NCBI GenBank assembly: GCA_963663765.2
Contig: CAXXUA010000013.1
Location: 608,001 to 672,000 of the forward strand
Direction: 5' to 3'
Source: Candidatus Poribacteria bacterium
GTDB taxonomy: Bacteria > Poribacteria > WGA-4E > WGA-3G
Length of the DNA stretch: 64,000 nucleotides
Part shown: piece after piece, positions 51,830 to 62,064 of the stretch
Numbering within the stretch: the stretch's first letter is position 1
Layout of the letters: each line of letters opens with the position of its first letter
Translations under genes and position numbers: made by a program
Notes under the pieces: model-generated
What the model saw: only the letters and a program-made list of their open reading frames with translations
Database searches by the model: none
Told to the model about the DNA's origin: nothing

Positions 51830-52317
51830 CAATACCTTCGCCATTTTTGAGTTCTTCAGTTGAATGAGTATATAGAGTTGATTTACCATTGCTCTCTGAT
51901 ATTGTTAGGATTACATAAATAATAATAACTTCAGGTTTTCGTTGAAGTATTATTAATTATCATAGCGTCTAATTTGACAATCTAAATGCCTATATCCGCA
52001 ATATGACAGAATAATTTATATGCACAATCTGGCAGAATGTGCTACAACTGCCCGCACAATCTGGCAGAATGTGCTACAACTGCCCGCACAATCTGGAAGA
52101 ATGTGCTACAACTGACCGCACAATCTGGAAGAATGTGCTACAGTTACCCACACAATCTGGAAGAATGTGCTACAGTTACCCACACAATCTGGAAGAATGT
52201 GCTACAACTGACCGCACAATCTGGAAGAATGTGCTACAACTGACCGCACAATCTGGAAGAATGTGCTACAACTGACCGCACAATCTGGAAGAATGTCTAT
52301 TATTGGCGAAGGTATTG
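51830..52317. mobile_element. 488-bp MITE with CAATACCTTCGCCA TIRs containing a 32-bp tandem array (about 8.6 units, 52022-52296)
   Basis: Perfect 14-bp TIRs; flanks TTCTAA / TTTAAA; second copy inverted at 56676-57565. Confidence 0.88.
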
Positions 52318-52374
52318 TTTAAAGTATATATCATCAATTTGCAAGAATTGAAAATTGATTCAAATTATAAGCGA

Positions 52375-52403
52375 AGCCTACCGTCAAACGGCGGTAGGCT
52401 TTT
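52375..52403. terminator. Hairpin, terminator-like or REP-derived
   Basis: AAGCCTACCG-TCAAACGG-CGGTAGGCTT followed by T residues on the plus strand. Confidence 0.4.
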
Positions 52404-52537
52404 ATCTTAGTTCGCTTTTTAGTTCTGTGACAGTGCTGATAGGTATGTTCTTTTTGATGTCGTTGATAGATTCATTCTGTTAAACTTGAGATATTTCCCA
52501 CCTCACGACGACATTAGATATTCCTCTGTTCTGCGGG

Positions 52538-52599
52538 GAGACACAATCCACAACGTACGGTACCGCAGTGCTTTAGTGCGTTGTGGATTGTGTCTCTAC
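52538..52599. repeat. Long hairpin / GTAG-type REP doublet downstream of the sigma gene
   Basis: GAGACACAATCCACAACG ... CGTTGTGGATTGTGTCTC(TAC). Confidence 0.7.
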
Positions 52600-52628
52600 G
52601 TTGTGCTCTAAACATTTATATATGCGGA

Positions 52629-53273
52629 TTACGATTCAGTGTGCTGAGTAGCAAAAAAATATGCCTTGCGGATTTTTTCTAATGTGTTTTTGCTTATTTG
52701 GCTGACTCGTCCTTGTGAGATACCAAGTTTTATTGCGATCTCCACCCCGCTTTTTTCTTCAAAAAACTTGAGTTCAATGAGGGTGCGTTCCTTATCGGTA
52801 AGTCTATTTAGCAGTATCGGCAGAGCGTCGCGTAGTTTTTCAACTTCAAGCTGTTGGATTACTTCATTTTCCATGGGTTCTTTCGCACATGCTTGTCTAT
52901 TCAACTCAGCAACTAAGGGATTTTGTTTACAAGCGTGCTGACACTCATGACAAGAGAAGTCTTCAGCATAGGAAAATGGAATATAAGCTAACTCTTTTCT
53001 TCGCTCTGTCCACAACCGTGTGCAGACGCGTGCCTTGATAAATGTTGTCAAACTTGCACCACTGGGGTGATTCGGGTCATATTCTGGGAGGGATTCCAAT
53101 AGCGTGAGATATGCACTTTGATAAAGGTCTGCTTTCAGTCCTTGTAATCTCTCATTATTTCCGATTATAGAGTCGACACAGTGTTTGATGGAATCATCCG
53201 CTGAGAGCGGGTCATTCGCAACAATATGAAACGGACATTTACCACGTTCTTGAGGACTTGATGGACAGTTCAT
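52629..53273 (-). CDS. Sigma-70 family alternative sigma factor (FliA/SigB-like region 4), Cys-rich
   Basis: DLYQSAYLTLLESLPEYDP...SLTTFI region 2; LTDKER...EIAIKLGISQGRVSQI region 4. Confidence 0.85.
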   Translation of the reverse strand: MNCPSSPQERGKCPFHIVANDPLSADDSIKHCVDSIIGNNERLQGLKADLYQSAYLTLLESLPEYDPNHPSGASLTTFIKARVCTRLWTERRKELAYIPFSYAEDFSCHECQHACKQNPLVAELNRQACAKEPMENEVIQQLEVEKLRDALPILLNRLTDKERTLIELKFFEEKSGVEIAIKLGISQGRVSQISKNTLEKIRKAYFFATQHTES

Positions 53274-53282
53274 ACGTGCCTC

Positions 53283-53675
53283 CTAATAGTCACCATATTT
53301 GTAATACGGACGAGCGATTGATGTTTCCCTTGAAAGTTCCTTTACTGCGACGGTTTCCGTCTTAAAATGTTCAAAAATGTTTATCAAACGGCTCCGTATA
53401 ATCAAGTTCTTTATGTGTCTACCGACATGAACGACACCGATACGTCCGTGTTTCTGCTTGACTGTGCGATTTGCACTGACAAGTAATCCGAGTGCTGCAC
53501 TGTCCATCCGGCTCACATGTTCCAAATTTATCAAGATACGGGGTGTCTCTGCCGATATGATTTCGGTTTTCAGCAGGATCCGCAAGTCCAACACGCCCGC
53601 ACCAATAAGCTTGCCGTGTGGTTCAAGTATACATACACCATATTTATAGTCAAGTTTAATTTTCATTATGTTCAC
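53283..53675 (-). CDS. STAS-domain anti-sigma factor antagonist
   Basis: ILINLEHVSRMDSAALGLLV with the conserved DS phosphorylation-site serine. Confidence 0.88.
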   Translation of the reverse strand: MNIMKIKLDYKYGVCILEPHGKLIGAGVLDLRILLKTEIISAETPRILINLEHVSRMDSAALGLLVSANRTVKQKHGRIGVVHVGRHIKNLIIRSRLINIFEHFKTETVAVKELSRETSIARPYYKYGDY

Positions 53676-53912
53676 CTTCGTTTATAATTTTGCGAAGACG
53701 CAAAAGGGTATATTAACTATATACACTTCACCCTAAATTCTTTAGTTTTTTTTTGCGAAGGTGTCGGCATATCGGTTTTAGGCACACATAAACTCTTGCT
53801 GTCACTCTGGTGAAATCTCAATATTAACGACTTGTGCCGGTTAATTGAGGGGTGTGCATAAATAAATTTGTTTTAAGCTTAAGTCGTCCGTCGGGTAGAA
53901 CGCGGTGAAACC

Positions 53913-54099
53913 CATAGTTGTCAATTTAGGGATTTATTTCAAGGTATTGTTCAGTTTAGCACAACCAACGCCGCCGTCTTGATTGTAGGGGCGCGGGTCT
54001 CTGTGCCCGCCCATTGTTTTCTTTTTGAATACATGTCGGGGTACAGAGACCCCGCCCTACAATGTGTGACGGGATTTGTCGCTTAAATTGACACCTATG
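53913..54099. mobile_element. 187-bp CATAGG-family MITE with a different internal REP doublet
   Basis: Ends CATAGTTGTCAATTTAGG / CTTAAATTGACACCTATG; 19-bp duplication GGTAGAACGCRGTGAAACC. Confidence 0.85.
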
Positions 54100-54349
54100 G
54101 GTAGAACGCAGTGAAACCCGACACAATCGTATCCAGTCTTGCATGTCGGGTTTCGCAAGTTCTACCCGACCTTCAAAATCTTGTCCTTTTTTGCACTAAG
54201 AATGGTGTCCATCCACATGAAGAAGATTGTGACGTGTGTCACCATCTATGTTGATCCGCCAATTATGTATGCACACCCCTTAGTTATTTCAGAGTGTGAG
54301 GTGAGGATATGCGTAAATAGTATATCGGTAAGCTGATTGTCAATAACAT

Positions 54350-54643
54350 TTAGCCAAGGCTTGGAGTGTTCACAGATGTACGAGTAAATCCTTCAACAAC
54401 AGGTTCCAAAGCCCCAACTGGATCCCAATTGCCTAATAGTTGTAAGGAAGTACCTAAAGACACATTCCCATGTCGTTTGGCGCGATGGAACGAAAAATCT
54501 ACGTACTTCTCTCCTTGTATTATCTGCTCCTCTTGACGTTTGAGGACGAATTCAAAGTACGCTTCAACACTACCGAAGCGATCAATAATTCTTTCGTGAG
54601 TCTCATGTTTTTCTTGAACAAGATCCAAGTTGTTGATAGACAT
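54350..54643 (-). CDS. Small hypothetical protein, possible partner of a PIN toxin
   Basis: ORF; its ATG at 54643 overlaps the reconstructed stop (TAATG) of the upstream remnant. Confidence 0.5.
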   Translation of the reverse strand: MSINNLDLVQEKHETHERIIDRFGSVEAYFEFVLKRQEEQIIQGEKYVDFSFHRAKRHGNVSLGTSLQLLGNWDPVGALEPVVEGFTRTSVNTPSLG

Positions 54644-54815
54644 TAGCATACCTCTAATACCAAATTAACGGATTTTATCTTTTTCCAACGGTAGGTGCGG
54701 TTTCCTAACCTCACACTTAGCAAGACGGATTACGTTAATTGGGTATAACATAATCTCTGGTGAGTCTATGTAGGTAGGTGAATATCCAGCATCCCTACAA
54801 ATCTTATCATTTGTT
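54643..54815 (-). pseudogene. C-terminal remnant of a probable PIN-domain protein
   Basis: After removing the 88-bp MITE it reads DKICRDAGYSPTYIDSPEIMLEVC*, resembling the ICRxxGYxxPxIxTPEEL tail of a PIN family. Confidence 0.45.
54658..54745. mobile_element. 88-bp TACC...GGTA MITE, TAA duplication
   Basis: Inverted second copy at 56344-56431. Confidence 0.88.
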
Positions 54816-54952
54816 ATCTCCTTTGAAATAAAAAACGTTCAGAATGTCCTGTAACTCATTTTCTTTGCTTCTCCTGTCAAAGACCCTCCTTGTAGAAAAC
54901 TTTCTGTTGTTCACATTCGCATTTGTTCATTTTTTACTCTAATTCGTGTGGT

Positions 54953-56017
54953 TCACATTGCCTTTTTAATTTTAGGATCAAACACTTCTTTGAGTTTAAG
55001 TGCATTTTCAATGCACCATCTGTGGATTTCATTCAATGCATCAGTATCCTCCCAATTAACGTCTCCTTCTCGGGCAAAAATAATTTGAGCCTCTTGTTTT
55101 TCAGGGGATCAAAGCCATTCAAATGAACTTCCAAATGCTTCTTCAATTGCTGCTTTGTCCTGTTCGAGTGCGTCAAAGAGTGCAAGCCTGTTTTCATTGC
55201 CCCTTTATATATTCTTACGTATACAATCACTTGAGAACCTCGGTGAAACCGAACACAATATGTTACGCCTCTATGTCCTGATGAAAAGTAATGCCATGTA
55301 TCCGGTTGCGCAGCTCTGGCATTGGTAAACTCATGGTCTTCACGTAGTTCATCAATTAATTTTTCATAAAAGTTTCTATAACGTTTCTGTCTCTCTGTTT
55401 CTCCAGTAGGTTTGACAGACTTTTTCCATTGATTCGGGGCAATAACAGGTTTAAATTCAAGCGCAACCGGTGAGTCTTCTAAACACTCTATTTGTAATAG
55501 TTCCACTATGACCGCGAAGAAACCGATATCTATAGGCGTTTGCTCATTAATCCATTCTAATACTTGGCGATATTCATCTCTAAACTCATCCGCAATCCAA
55601 ATTACAATCTTTACATCTAAACCCGCAGCATAGGCAAGAAGTTGTCCAAGATGACTATGATCGGCTCCCCCTAACTGAGTTTCAATAATGACTGTTTTTG
55701 AGCTGGTATCGTCTTTTGCTTTTGCAAGCAAATCAAGTGATAATTTGCCTAATGAAGTTTGACAATCAAAATCGGTAGTTGAATTCGTAGGGGTTGGGTC
55801 CCCCAACCCGTTTGGTTTTTGAGTTTGCGTAGATCATGTGTGGAAACCACGCCCCTACGAATACCCAACTTGAACGTCAAAACTCATTAGGGTATTCTGT
55901 ATCTGTTACTTCAAGGTCAAGGTCTTCTGAAAAACTATCAATATTTTCTGCTAACCACGGGGTGAAATCCCTTGCTTCATTTGGGAAGTGTTTACGCAAT
56001 TTAACTCTTTTTTGTTG
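54953..56017 (-). pseudogene. DUF4268-family (nuclease-like N-terminus) pseudogene
   Basis: LRKHFPNEARDFTPWLAEN, IIETQLGGADHSHLGQLLAYAAG; split by an insert at about 55750-55890, frameshift near 55200, in-frame TGA near 55110, no in-frame start. Confidence 0.8.
55750..55890. mobile_element. About 140-bp MITE carrying a REP doublet
   Basis: CTAATGAAGTTTGAC ... GTCAAAACTCATTAG inverted ends; internal GTAGGGG ... CCCCTAC. Confidence 0.75.
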
Positions 56018-56120
56018 AACTTGTAGCGAGTAAGAGCTAAGAATTCAAAGTAAATGGAGATCTGAAGCAGTAAGAAAAGGATACAAATAATCTCTCTTTC
56101 TTTCCCATTTGACCACATCC

Positions 56121-56640
56121 TTATGTTTTACTCACTATGACTTCCCCATCAACAGTTTTAGCTGTGGTCTGGAACCATTGACCTTTGTTTAAGGTGCTGT
56201 GAAAAACTCCATCGGTGGTTACGTACTTTCCAAAAGGACATCCAATTGCTTTAATGGTTTCACCTTTCTCAACCAGATCGCCATCGTAGATTGGAAAAGG
56301 GGTTCCTTGACCTTCAACTTTAAGTATGACAAGATCGTTGTTATACCCAATTAGCGTGATTCGTCTTGCTAAGTGTGCGGTTAGGAAACCGAACCTACCG
56401 TTGGAAAAAGATAAATTCCGTTTATTTGGTATTAGAATCAAACGCCGCAATACCTTCCACAACGTACTCTGTATTCGTGGGTGAATGGTTGGCTAAAACT
56501 GATGTCGCACCAGCGACACAGTGGATATTTGTTGCAATTAAGTTCTCAGTAACGAAAAACCCAGTACCGTTACCGACACCTTCCGATTTAATTGATACGA
56601 CCATAGGTTTACCTATGGTTTGTTTATTGTCTTGCTGCAT
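56121..56640 (-). pseudogene. Trypsin-like serine protease pseudogene
   Basis: GTGFFV...ATNIHCV (His); removing the MITE restores FDSNNDLVILKV (Asp); the GxSG serine motif is missing. Confidence 0.8.
56344..56431. mobile_element. 88-bp TACC...GGTA MITE, TTA/TAA duplication
   Basis: Excision with one 3-bp repeat restores the protease frame. Confidence 0.9.
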
Positions 56641-56675
56641 AGTTTTCTTTTCTCTATTAAAGTCCTTACTTCAAA

Positions 56676-57565
56676 CAATACCTTCGCCAATACTACAGGG
56701 TTATTTAGTTTTAAGAGTTTTCTGTTATTGAGATTTACTGAAAATTAATACCCAGGTTCGATTTCCTAACCGAACTTTCCGCATCAGTTTTAGATTATTG
56801 AAACATGAACATCGCTCTTTAGTCCCGACAAATGCCTTATGGGGAATGCCTTAATGGCATTCATACCGTTGATTTGGCGCATTTGGCGTTGATTTGGTAG
56901 GGACGATATGTTTATTATTCTATGTCGTTCCTACGGAACTCAAGAGGTGTGGAAAACATTTTCTATAAACATATCGTCCCTACGGGACTAAAGAACTCGA
57001 CAAGATGGCACCCCATAAAATTAACGACATAGCAAAATAATATCAAAAATATTGAAAACTAAATAACCCTTGCCAATAATAGACATTCTGCCAGATTGTG
57101 TGGGTAACTGTAGCACATTCTGCCAGATTGTGCGGGCAGTTGTAGCACATTCTGCCAGATTGTGCGGGCAGTTGTAGCACATTCTGCCAGATTGTGCGGG
57201 CAGTTGTAGCACATTCTGCCAGATTGTGCGGGCAGTTGTAGCACATTCTGCCAGATTGTGCGGGCAGTTGTAGCACATTCTGCCAGATTGTGCGGGCAGT
57301 TGTAGCACATTCTGCCAGATTGTGTGGGTAACTGTAGCACATTCTGCCAGATTGTGCGGGCAGTTGTAGCACATTCTTCCAGATTGTGCATATAAATTAT
57401 TCTGTCAGATTCTATTGTCAAATTAGACGCTATGATAATTAAAAATACTTCAACGAAAACCACAAGTTATTTTTATTTTTGTAATCCTAACAATATCAGA
57501 GAGCAATGGTAGATCAACACTATATACTCATTCAACTGAAGCACTCAAAAATGGCGAAGGTAATG
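56676..57565. mobile_element. CAATACC-TIR MITE (inverted copy) with a 32-bp tandem array (about 9.6 units, 57083-57389)
   Basis: TIRs; 6-bp duplication TTCAAA; 57390-57565 is homologous to 51830-52021. Confidence 0.85.
56696..57071. mobile_element. 376-bp CAGGG-TIR MITE nested in the CAATACC MITE
   Basis: TIRs; 10-bp duplication GCCAATA(C/A)TA with one mismatch. Confidence 0.82.
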
Positions 57566-57737
57566 TTCAAAAACATGTCTTTTGTAATGCTTGAATATTT
57601 TTTGCATCAGATGAAATAAATTACTTTCCATATCGCCGTTGGTCTTTAAAATCGACTCACCATTTAAAATTGCTTTCTTCAATTTTAAATGGTGAGATAG
57701 AATCCTTATGGCATTGGGAAACTATATAATGAATCAA

Positions 57738-60383
57738 CTATTTCTCAGTCGTATAATTCTCATCTATCGTTTCATTTACTGTCTCGCGCCAAGTGTCTTC
57801 CAACAACATGCGAAAAGACATCGGTTTGTCATTGGGTCCAGCAGCTTCCATCGTGCCGTATTCTGTGGCGTTTTTATACGCTGACTCTAATGTTTTGATA
57901 AGTTTCTGTTTGTAAGTAGTGTCGCTGTTGCCTTCAAGGTGTTGTCCTTTTGTTTCAAAAATGAGTAGACGTTGCTGTCCCTCTTTGGTTCCTTGCACAC
58001 AAGCGATAAAGTCGGGATAAACACGGTCACGCCGCCAACCTTGTAAAAAATAGCCTTGCCTCGCGGCGATGCGATGCCACCACTGAATTGCACCTTTTTT
58101 GTCCAAATAGATCGCGAAATCTTTTTCCAAATTGTTGAATTCTGCTTCATACACCGGGTTAAAGAGGTTGAGTTGTACGGGACTTGCATCCGAATGTGTC
58201 AGACGTTTTGCGTCTTTTGAGATATTGACTTCAATTGTCTTTTCCAATTCAAAATTCAACGGGACATCTGTTTCAAGACTAAACCTAATTTTGTTATTAT
58301 CCAGTTTCTCTCGGAAAATAGTTTCGGCAAGAGAATCTATCTGTATGCGGAGTTTGTTTTTCAGAACTTCGGACAGATATAACCGATTTGCAAATAACGG
58401 TCCTTCATCAGTGCCTTGTTTTCGATACGCTTGCAAGGTGGCTTTGACGATACGCGCTGCTTGCCAAGGATTCGGAATAACATCATTTAAACGTCTAACA
58501 AAAAACGATATTTCCAAATTTTGCGAAGTATTTTCTAATATAATTTTTTCTGGTTCGTCATGGTCTTGTAAATGGATAGTAGCGCGAATTTCTTGTAGGA
58601 GTTCTTGGTCATCTAAATTTACAGGCTCCACTGCTCCGAGTTGACTCCAATCAATCGCACTGAGAATGTCACGCTCATAATTTAGCATATCCCAACTACG
58701 TCCTTGTTTGTGCAGGACTTGTGGTAAGAAAATATCCATCTTTTGATATTTCTTTCTACGGTGTATCTTTTTCTTTTCACGGTCTGCATCCGTGCTCTCA
58801 ACGTACTCCGCAAGTCCTGTTAAACCTTCTGCCTCTAAACCCTTTTTTACTTTATCAACGGCATCACCGACTTTCTGATTGAAGCAGTAGATATAACAAC
58901 TGTCTAATTCTGTTTGATTCGTTGCGCGTGCCTGCGGTTGGCGCATGACTCTACCGATAAGCTGCGTCATAGCGGTTTGTGCTGTGGTGTTATCAAGTAG
59001 TACCAATTGGTAGGCAAACGGACAATCCCATCCTTCCTTTAGTGCGTCTTTCGTAATAATGTAGCGGACAGGGCAAAACGGACTGAGCAGATCAATGCCC
59101 GCGAGTTCATCTTGTTCAGAAGATTTCACCTTGATGTGTTCCTCTGGAACTCCAAGTACTTTGACCAGTTCGTCGCGGGCATCTAATGCATGCACCTTAA
59201 CACCGTCACGTTGCTTTTTACCCGTGCGATCAACCCGAATCACTGCTATAGGACGGATGTAGCGGTTTTCTTTTTGTTGGAATTGCTTGGCTGCTTCTTC
59301 CATTTTATCACGTTCAGTCTTTGCTTCTGCAAGTGTCCGTTTCCAATCAGAATTGGGAAAATTTCGGAGTTGAATTGGTATTTTAATCATTTCTTCTTCT
59401 TTAAGTGCTGTGCCAGAGATATTGACAAGGATGTTGCTAATACGGAGCTGCGGCGTAGCAGAAAGTTCTAACACAAAGCGCGGATTAAGGCGATTCACTG
59501 CTTTGACAAACTCTTGATTGTTTTCGACTGTTTTGCTGCCATAAGCCTTATGTGCTTCGTCTAAAATCACCGTGGGTCTGACCAACTTTAGCACATTGAA
59601 GAGACTCTGCTTAATCAGTCTATCTGCAGAATTTGCTGCGAACATGCCCCGCATTTGCCCTGGCTCATTAATATTTACTGTCTCAAGGTCTGGGTGTTCC
59701 TCCGATAATGCCTGATGTTTTCTAATATCGTCTTCAATTGGGAAGAAAGAGTCGTAACCGCTGCTATCACGAAATATTTTGAGAAATTCTTTGTTTTTTT
59801 CTCGGTTTGCGGAGGGTAGCATCAGAAGCATCACGCAGAGGTGATTTTCAACATCTTGTTTTGTAAATCTATCGTCTTTTTCAAGGAGTTTGACGCGGTC
59901 GCCAGAGGCGCGATCCAAAATCTGTCGGTAGGAATGTTCTTGGTCGCGAAAAGCATCATGCGTTTGTGAATAGATGGCTTTGGTTGGCACAATCCATAGC
60001 AGAAATCCTGTGCCGATTTTGAGTCGCCGCGCCGCCTCAACACCTAACAACGTTTTCCCACCACCTGTTGGTACTTTTAGACAAACATGCGGGATCGGTT
60101 CGCCAGAGGTGGATTCACGTGAAATATATTCTGGAATATGGTTCTCACCGTTTTCATTTCGCACGCCCGGCAACCCCGATTTTTTGCGTAAAGTTTCCCA
60201 TGCGGCGCGCGGAAAATCCTTCGCAGCAGTGGCAAAGGTTTCAGATTGTTCTCTTAAAACTGGTGGAAGTGCACTGAGATCAACTGCAGCGAATTCTTCT
60301 ACTTGCTGCCGTGCATCCTTCAATGCCCCAAGGTAGCCGTCTAAAGTCTCTAATGCTTGTTTTTGATAATCTTTCAGTTCCAT
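57738..60383 (-). CDS. res: Type III restriction enzyme Res subunit
   Basis: Walker A PTGGGKT, DEAH, SAT, LKEGWD, QLIGR, C-terminal PDF...ETKG nuclease; 2 bp downstream of mod. Confidence 0.9.
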   Translation of the reverse strand: MELKDYQKQALETLDGYLGALKDARQQVEEFAAVDLSALPPVLREQSETFATAAKDFPRAAWETLRKKSGLPGVRNENGENHIPEYISRESTSGEPIPHVCLKVPTGGGKTLLGVEAARRLKIGTGFLLWIVPTKAIYSQTHDAFRDQEHSYRQILDRASGDRVKLLEKDDRFTKQDVENHLCVMLLMLPSANREKNKEFLKIFRDSSGYDSFFPIEDDIRKHQALSEEHPDLETVNINEPGQMRGMFAANSADRLIKQSLFNVLKLVRPTVILDEAHKAYGSKTVENNQEFVKAVNRLNPRFVLELSATPQLRISNILVNISGTALKEEEMIKIPIQLRNFPNSDWKRTLAEAKTERDKMEEAAKQFQQKENRYIRPIAVIRVDRTGKKQRDGVKVHALDARDELVKVLGVPEEHIKVKSSEQDELAGIDLLSPFCPVRYIITKDALKEGWDCPFAYQLVLLDNTTAQTAMTQLIGRVMRQPQARATNQTELDSCYIYCFNQKVGDAVDKVKKGLEAEGLTGLAEYVESTDADREKKKIHRRKKYQKMDIFLPQVLHKQGRSWDMLNYERDILSAIDWSQLGAVEPVNLDDQELLQEIRATIHLQDHDEPEKIILENTSQNLEISFFVRRLNDVIPNPWQAARIVKATLQAYRKQGTDEGPLFANRLYLSEVLKNKLRIQIDSLAETIFREKLDNNKIRFSLETDVPLNFELEKTIEVNISKDAKRLTHSDASPVQLNLFNPVYEAEFNNLEKDFAIYLDKKGAIQWWHRIAARQGYFLQGWRRDRVYPDFIACVQGTKEGQQRLLIFETKGQHLEGNSDTTYKQKLIKTLESAYKNATEYGTMEAAGPNDKPMSFRMLLEDTWRETVNETIDENYTTEK

Positions 60384-60385
60384 TT

Positions 60386-62008
60386 TTATGCGTTTGCTAT
60401 TTGATAGATGCTATAGGGGAGTTGGCAAAAGGTAATACCCATCGGTGTAAGTTCTTTTTGACTCATAAACTTATGAGATGCATAGACATAGGCTTTTTTG
60501 CCTACCGCTTTGCATTCTTCAGCTATCTGCTCAGCACGTTTTGCATCTAAAGCAGACTTGTTGCTCTCTAAAAATTCAAGTGTCGGTTCATAGATGAGAT
60601 AGAAGCGGATGTCCTTCGTTTCACCGAAGCAGTAATTTTTCTGTTGTGCTTTGACTTCAAGTTTACTGCCGGTAGCAGCATAAGCGACATAGTTCGCTAA
60701 GGTGTGGTATGTGGGAAGTGAGTCGCCTGTGAGCATTCCCTCAGTATCAATCGTTTCACCAAGCGTGCAGTAGGTGAATGACCCGCCGAGTCCTTTCTGC
60801 AAGTTTTCATCTTTGGCATTTCCAACACCGTTTATGACGCGGCGGACGCGTTCAGCAGTGATGTTGTCAGCGTAGTTTTCACATTCAACGAGAATAAACT
60901 TTCGGTTGCCGCCATCCTGTTTGTTGAGCGCAAGCACAGCATGGGCAGTGGTACCGCTGCCTGCGAAGGAGTCAAGGATGATGTCGTTTTTATCTGTAGA
61001 TACTCTGATTATTTTTGCAATTAAATCTGTTGGTTTTGGAGTTGGAAAGAGTTGACCACGTCCAAAAATGTTAATAAGTTCTTTAGTCCCATCGGTAGCA
61101 GTTCCTACATCACTCCATATTGTGAAGATATTGACTCCTTTTTCACGTGCTTCGCTGAGAAACCTTTTATATTGTGGTTTGGAAGTTCCTCTTTTACCAA
61201 AGATAATTCGCTTTTCTTTCAGTGCGGCTACGTACTTTTCTTTAGAAAATCTCCAATGTCTACCTGCTGGAGGAAGATAGACTTTACCAGTGTTGGGGTT
61301 GCTAATTTCGTACGTCAAATTTTTCCTGATGTGAGGTGCGTCCATTGGATCTGCCACCCACGGACCACGAGGGTCTTTATCGGGATTCGAGAATTTACTT
61401 TCATCAACATCTCCAGCGTTGAAAGAAAATGCGGACTTTTCAAGGGCATAGCAAAGTATGTGATTATGAGAAAGCGAAACATCTATATCGTTTTGACTTG
61501 ATTTTCTGTGATGCCACACAATATTAGCAACAAAGTTACTTACTCCAAAAATCTCGTCCATCAACATTCGCAAGCGATGCACTTCATTATCATCAATTGA
61601 GATAAAAAGTACACCATCCTCGGATAACAACTCACGTAATAGGTGTAGACGGGGCCACATCATACACAACCATTTATCGTGTCGCTCTAAATCTTCAACG
61701 TCAATAGGACTATTTTTTTCAAGCCACGTTTTCATCATCGGACTGTTAACGTTATCGTTGTAAACCCAATTTTCGTTGCCAGTATTGTACGGTGGGTCAA
61801 TATAGATACACTTGATTTTGCCAGCGTATTTCGGGAGGAGTGCTTTTAAGGCGTGCAGGTTGTCACCGTGAATGATAAGGTTGTCGTCTAATGATGGTGG
61901 GTTTTCGCCTATATGTGATTTATCTTTGTCTATTTCAAGCGTGCGGAAGGGTACGGTGAGGTGGTGTGCGTATATGAATTGTTTGCCTTTGAAGTCGAGG
62001 GTGGGCAT
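60386..62008 (-). CDS. mod: Type III N6-adenine DNA methyltransferase Mod subunit
   Basis: IYIDPPYNTG preceding DSFAGSGTT (beta-class order), TPKP. Confidence 0.93.
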   Translation of the reverse strand: MPTLDFKGKQFIYAHHLTVPFRTLEIDKDKSHIGENPPSLDDNLIIHGDNLHALKALLPKYAGKIKCIYIDPPYNTGNENWVYNDNVNSPMMKTWLEKNSPIDVEDLERHDKWLCMMWPRLHLLRELLSEDGVLFISIDDNEVHRLRMLMDEIFGVSNFVANIVWHHRKSSQNDIDVSLSHNHILCYALEKSAFSFNAGDVDESKFSNPDKDPRGPWVADPMDAPHIRKNLTYEISNPNTGKVYLPPAGRHWRFSKEKYVAALKEKRIIFGKRGTSKPQYKRFLSEAREKGVNIFTIWSDVGTATDGTKELINIFGRGQLFPTPKPTDLIAKIIRVSTDKNDIILDSFAGSGTTAHAVLALNKQDGGNRKFILVECENYADNITAERVRRVINGVGNAKDENLQKGLGGSFTYCTLGETIDTEGMLTGDSLPTYHTLANYVAYAATGSKLEVKAQQKNYCFGETKDIRFYLIYEPTLEFLESNKSALDAKRAEQIAEECKAVGKKAYVYASHKFMSQKELTPMGITFCQLPYSIYQIANA

Positions 62009-62064
62009 GGGGTTTCCTTACAAAATATCAGTTGTGGTAAGTTTAGTAAAATCTTCTGAATGGA

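Noticed and set aside
55100-55115. In-frame TGA as selenocysteine or recoding
   Set aside because: The gene carries other lesions, and TGA is not read through elsewhere in the window
41465-57389. 32-bp arrays as CRISPR arrays
   Set aside because: Units are contiguous with no unique spacers and there are no cas genes in the window
52037-57463. ORFs with MCYNCPHNLAEC repeats as Cys-rich or heme-binding peptides
   Set aside because: Translations of the 32-bp repeat; the period is not a multiple of three and they appear in several frames
60386-62008. Phase-variable mod gene
   Set aside because: No simple-sequence repeat tract seen in the ORF
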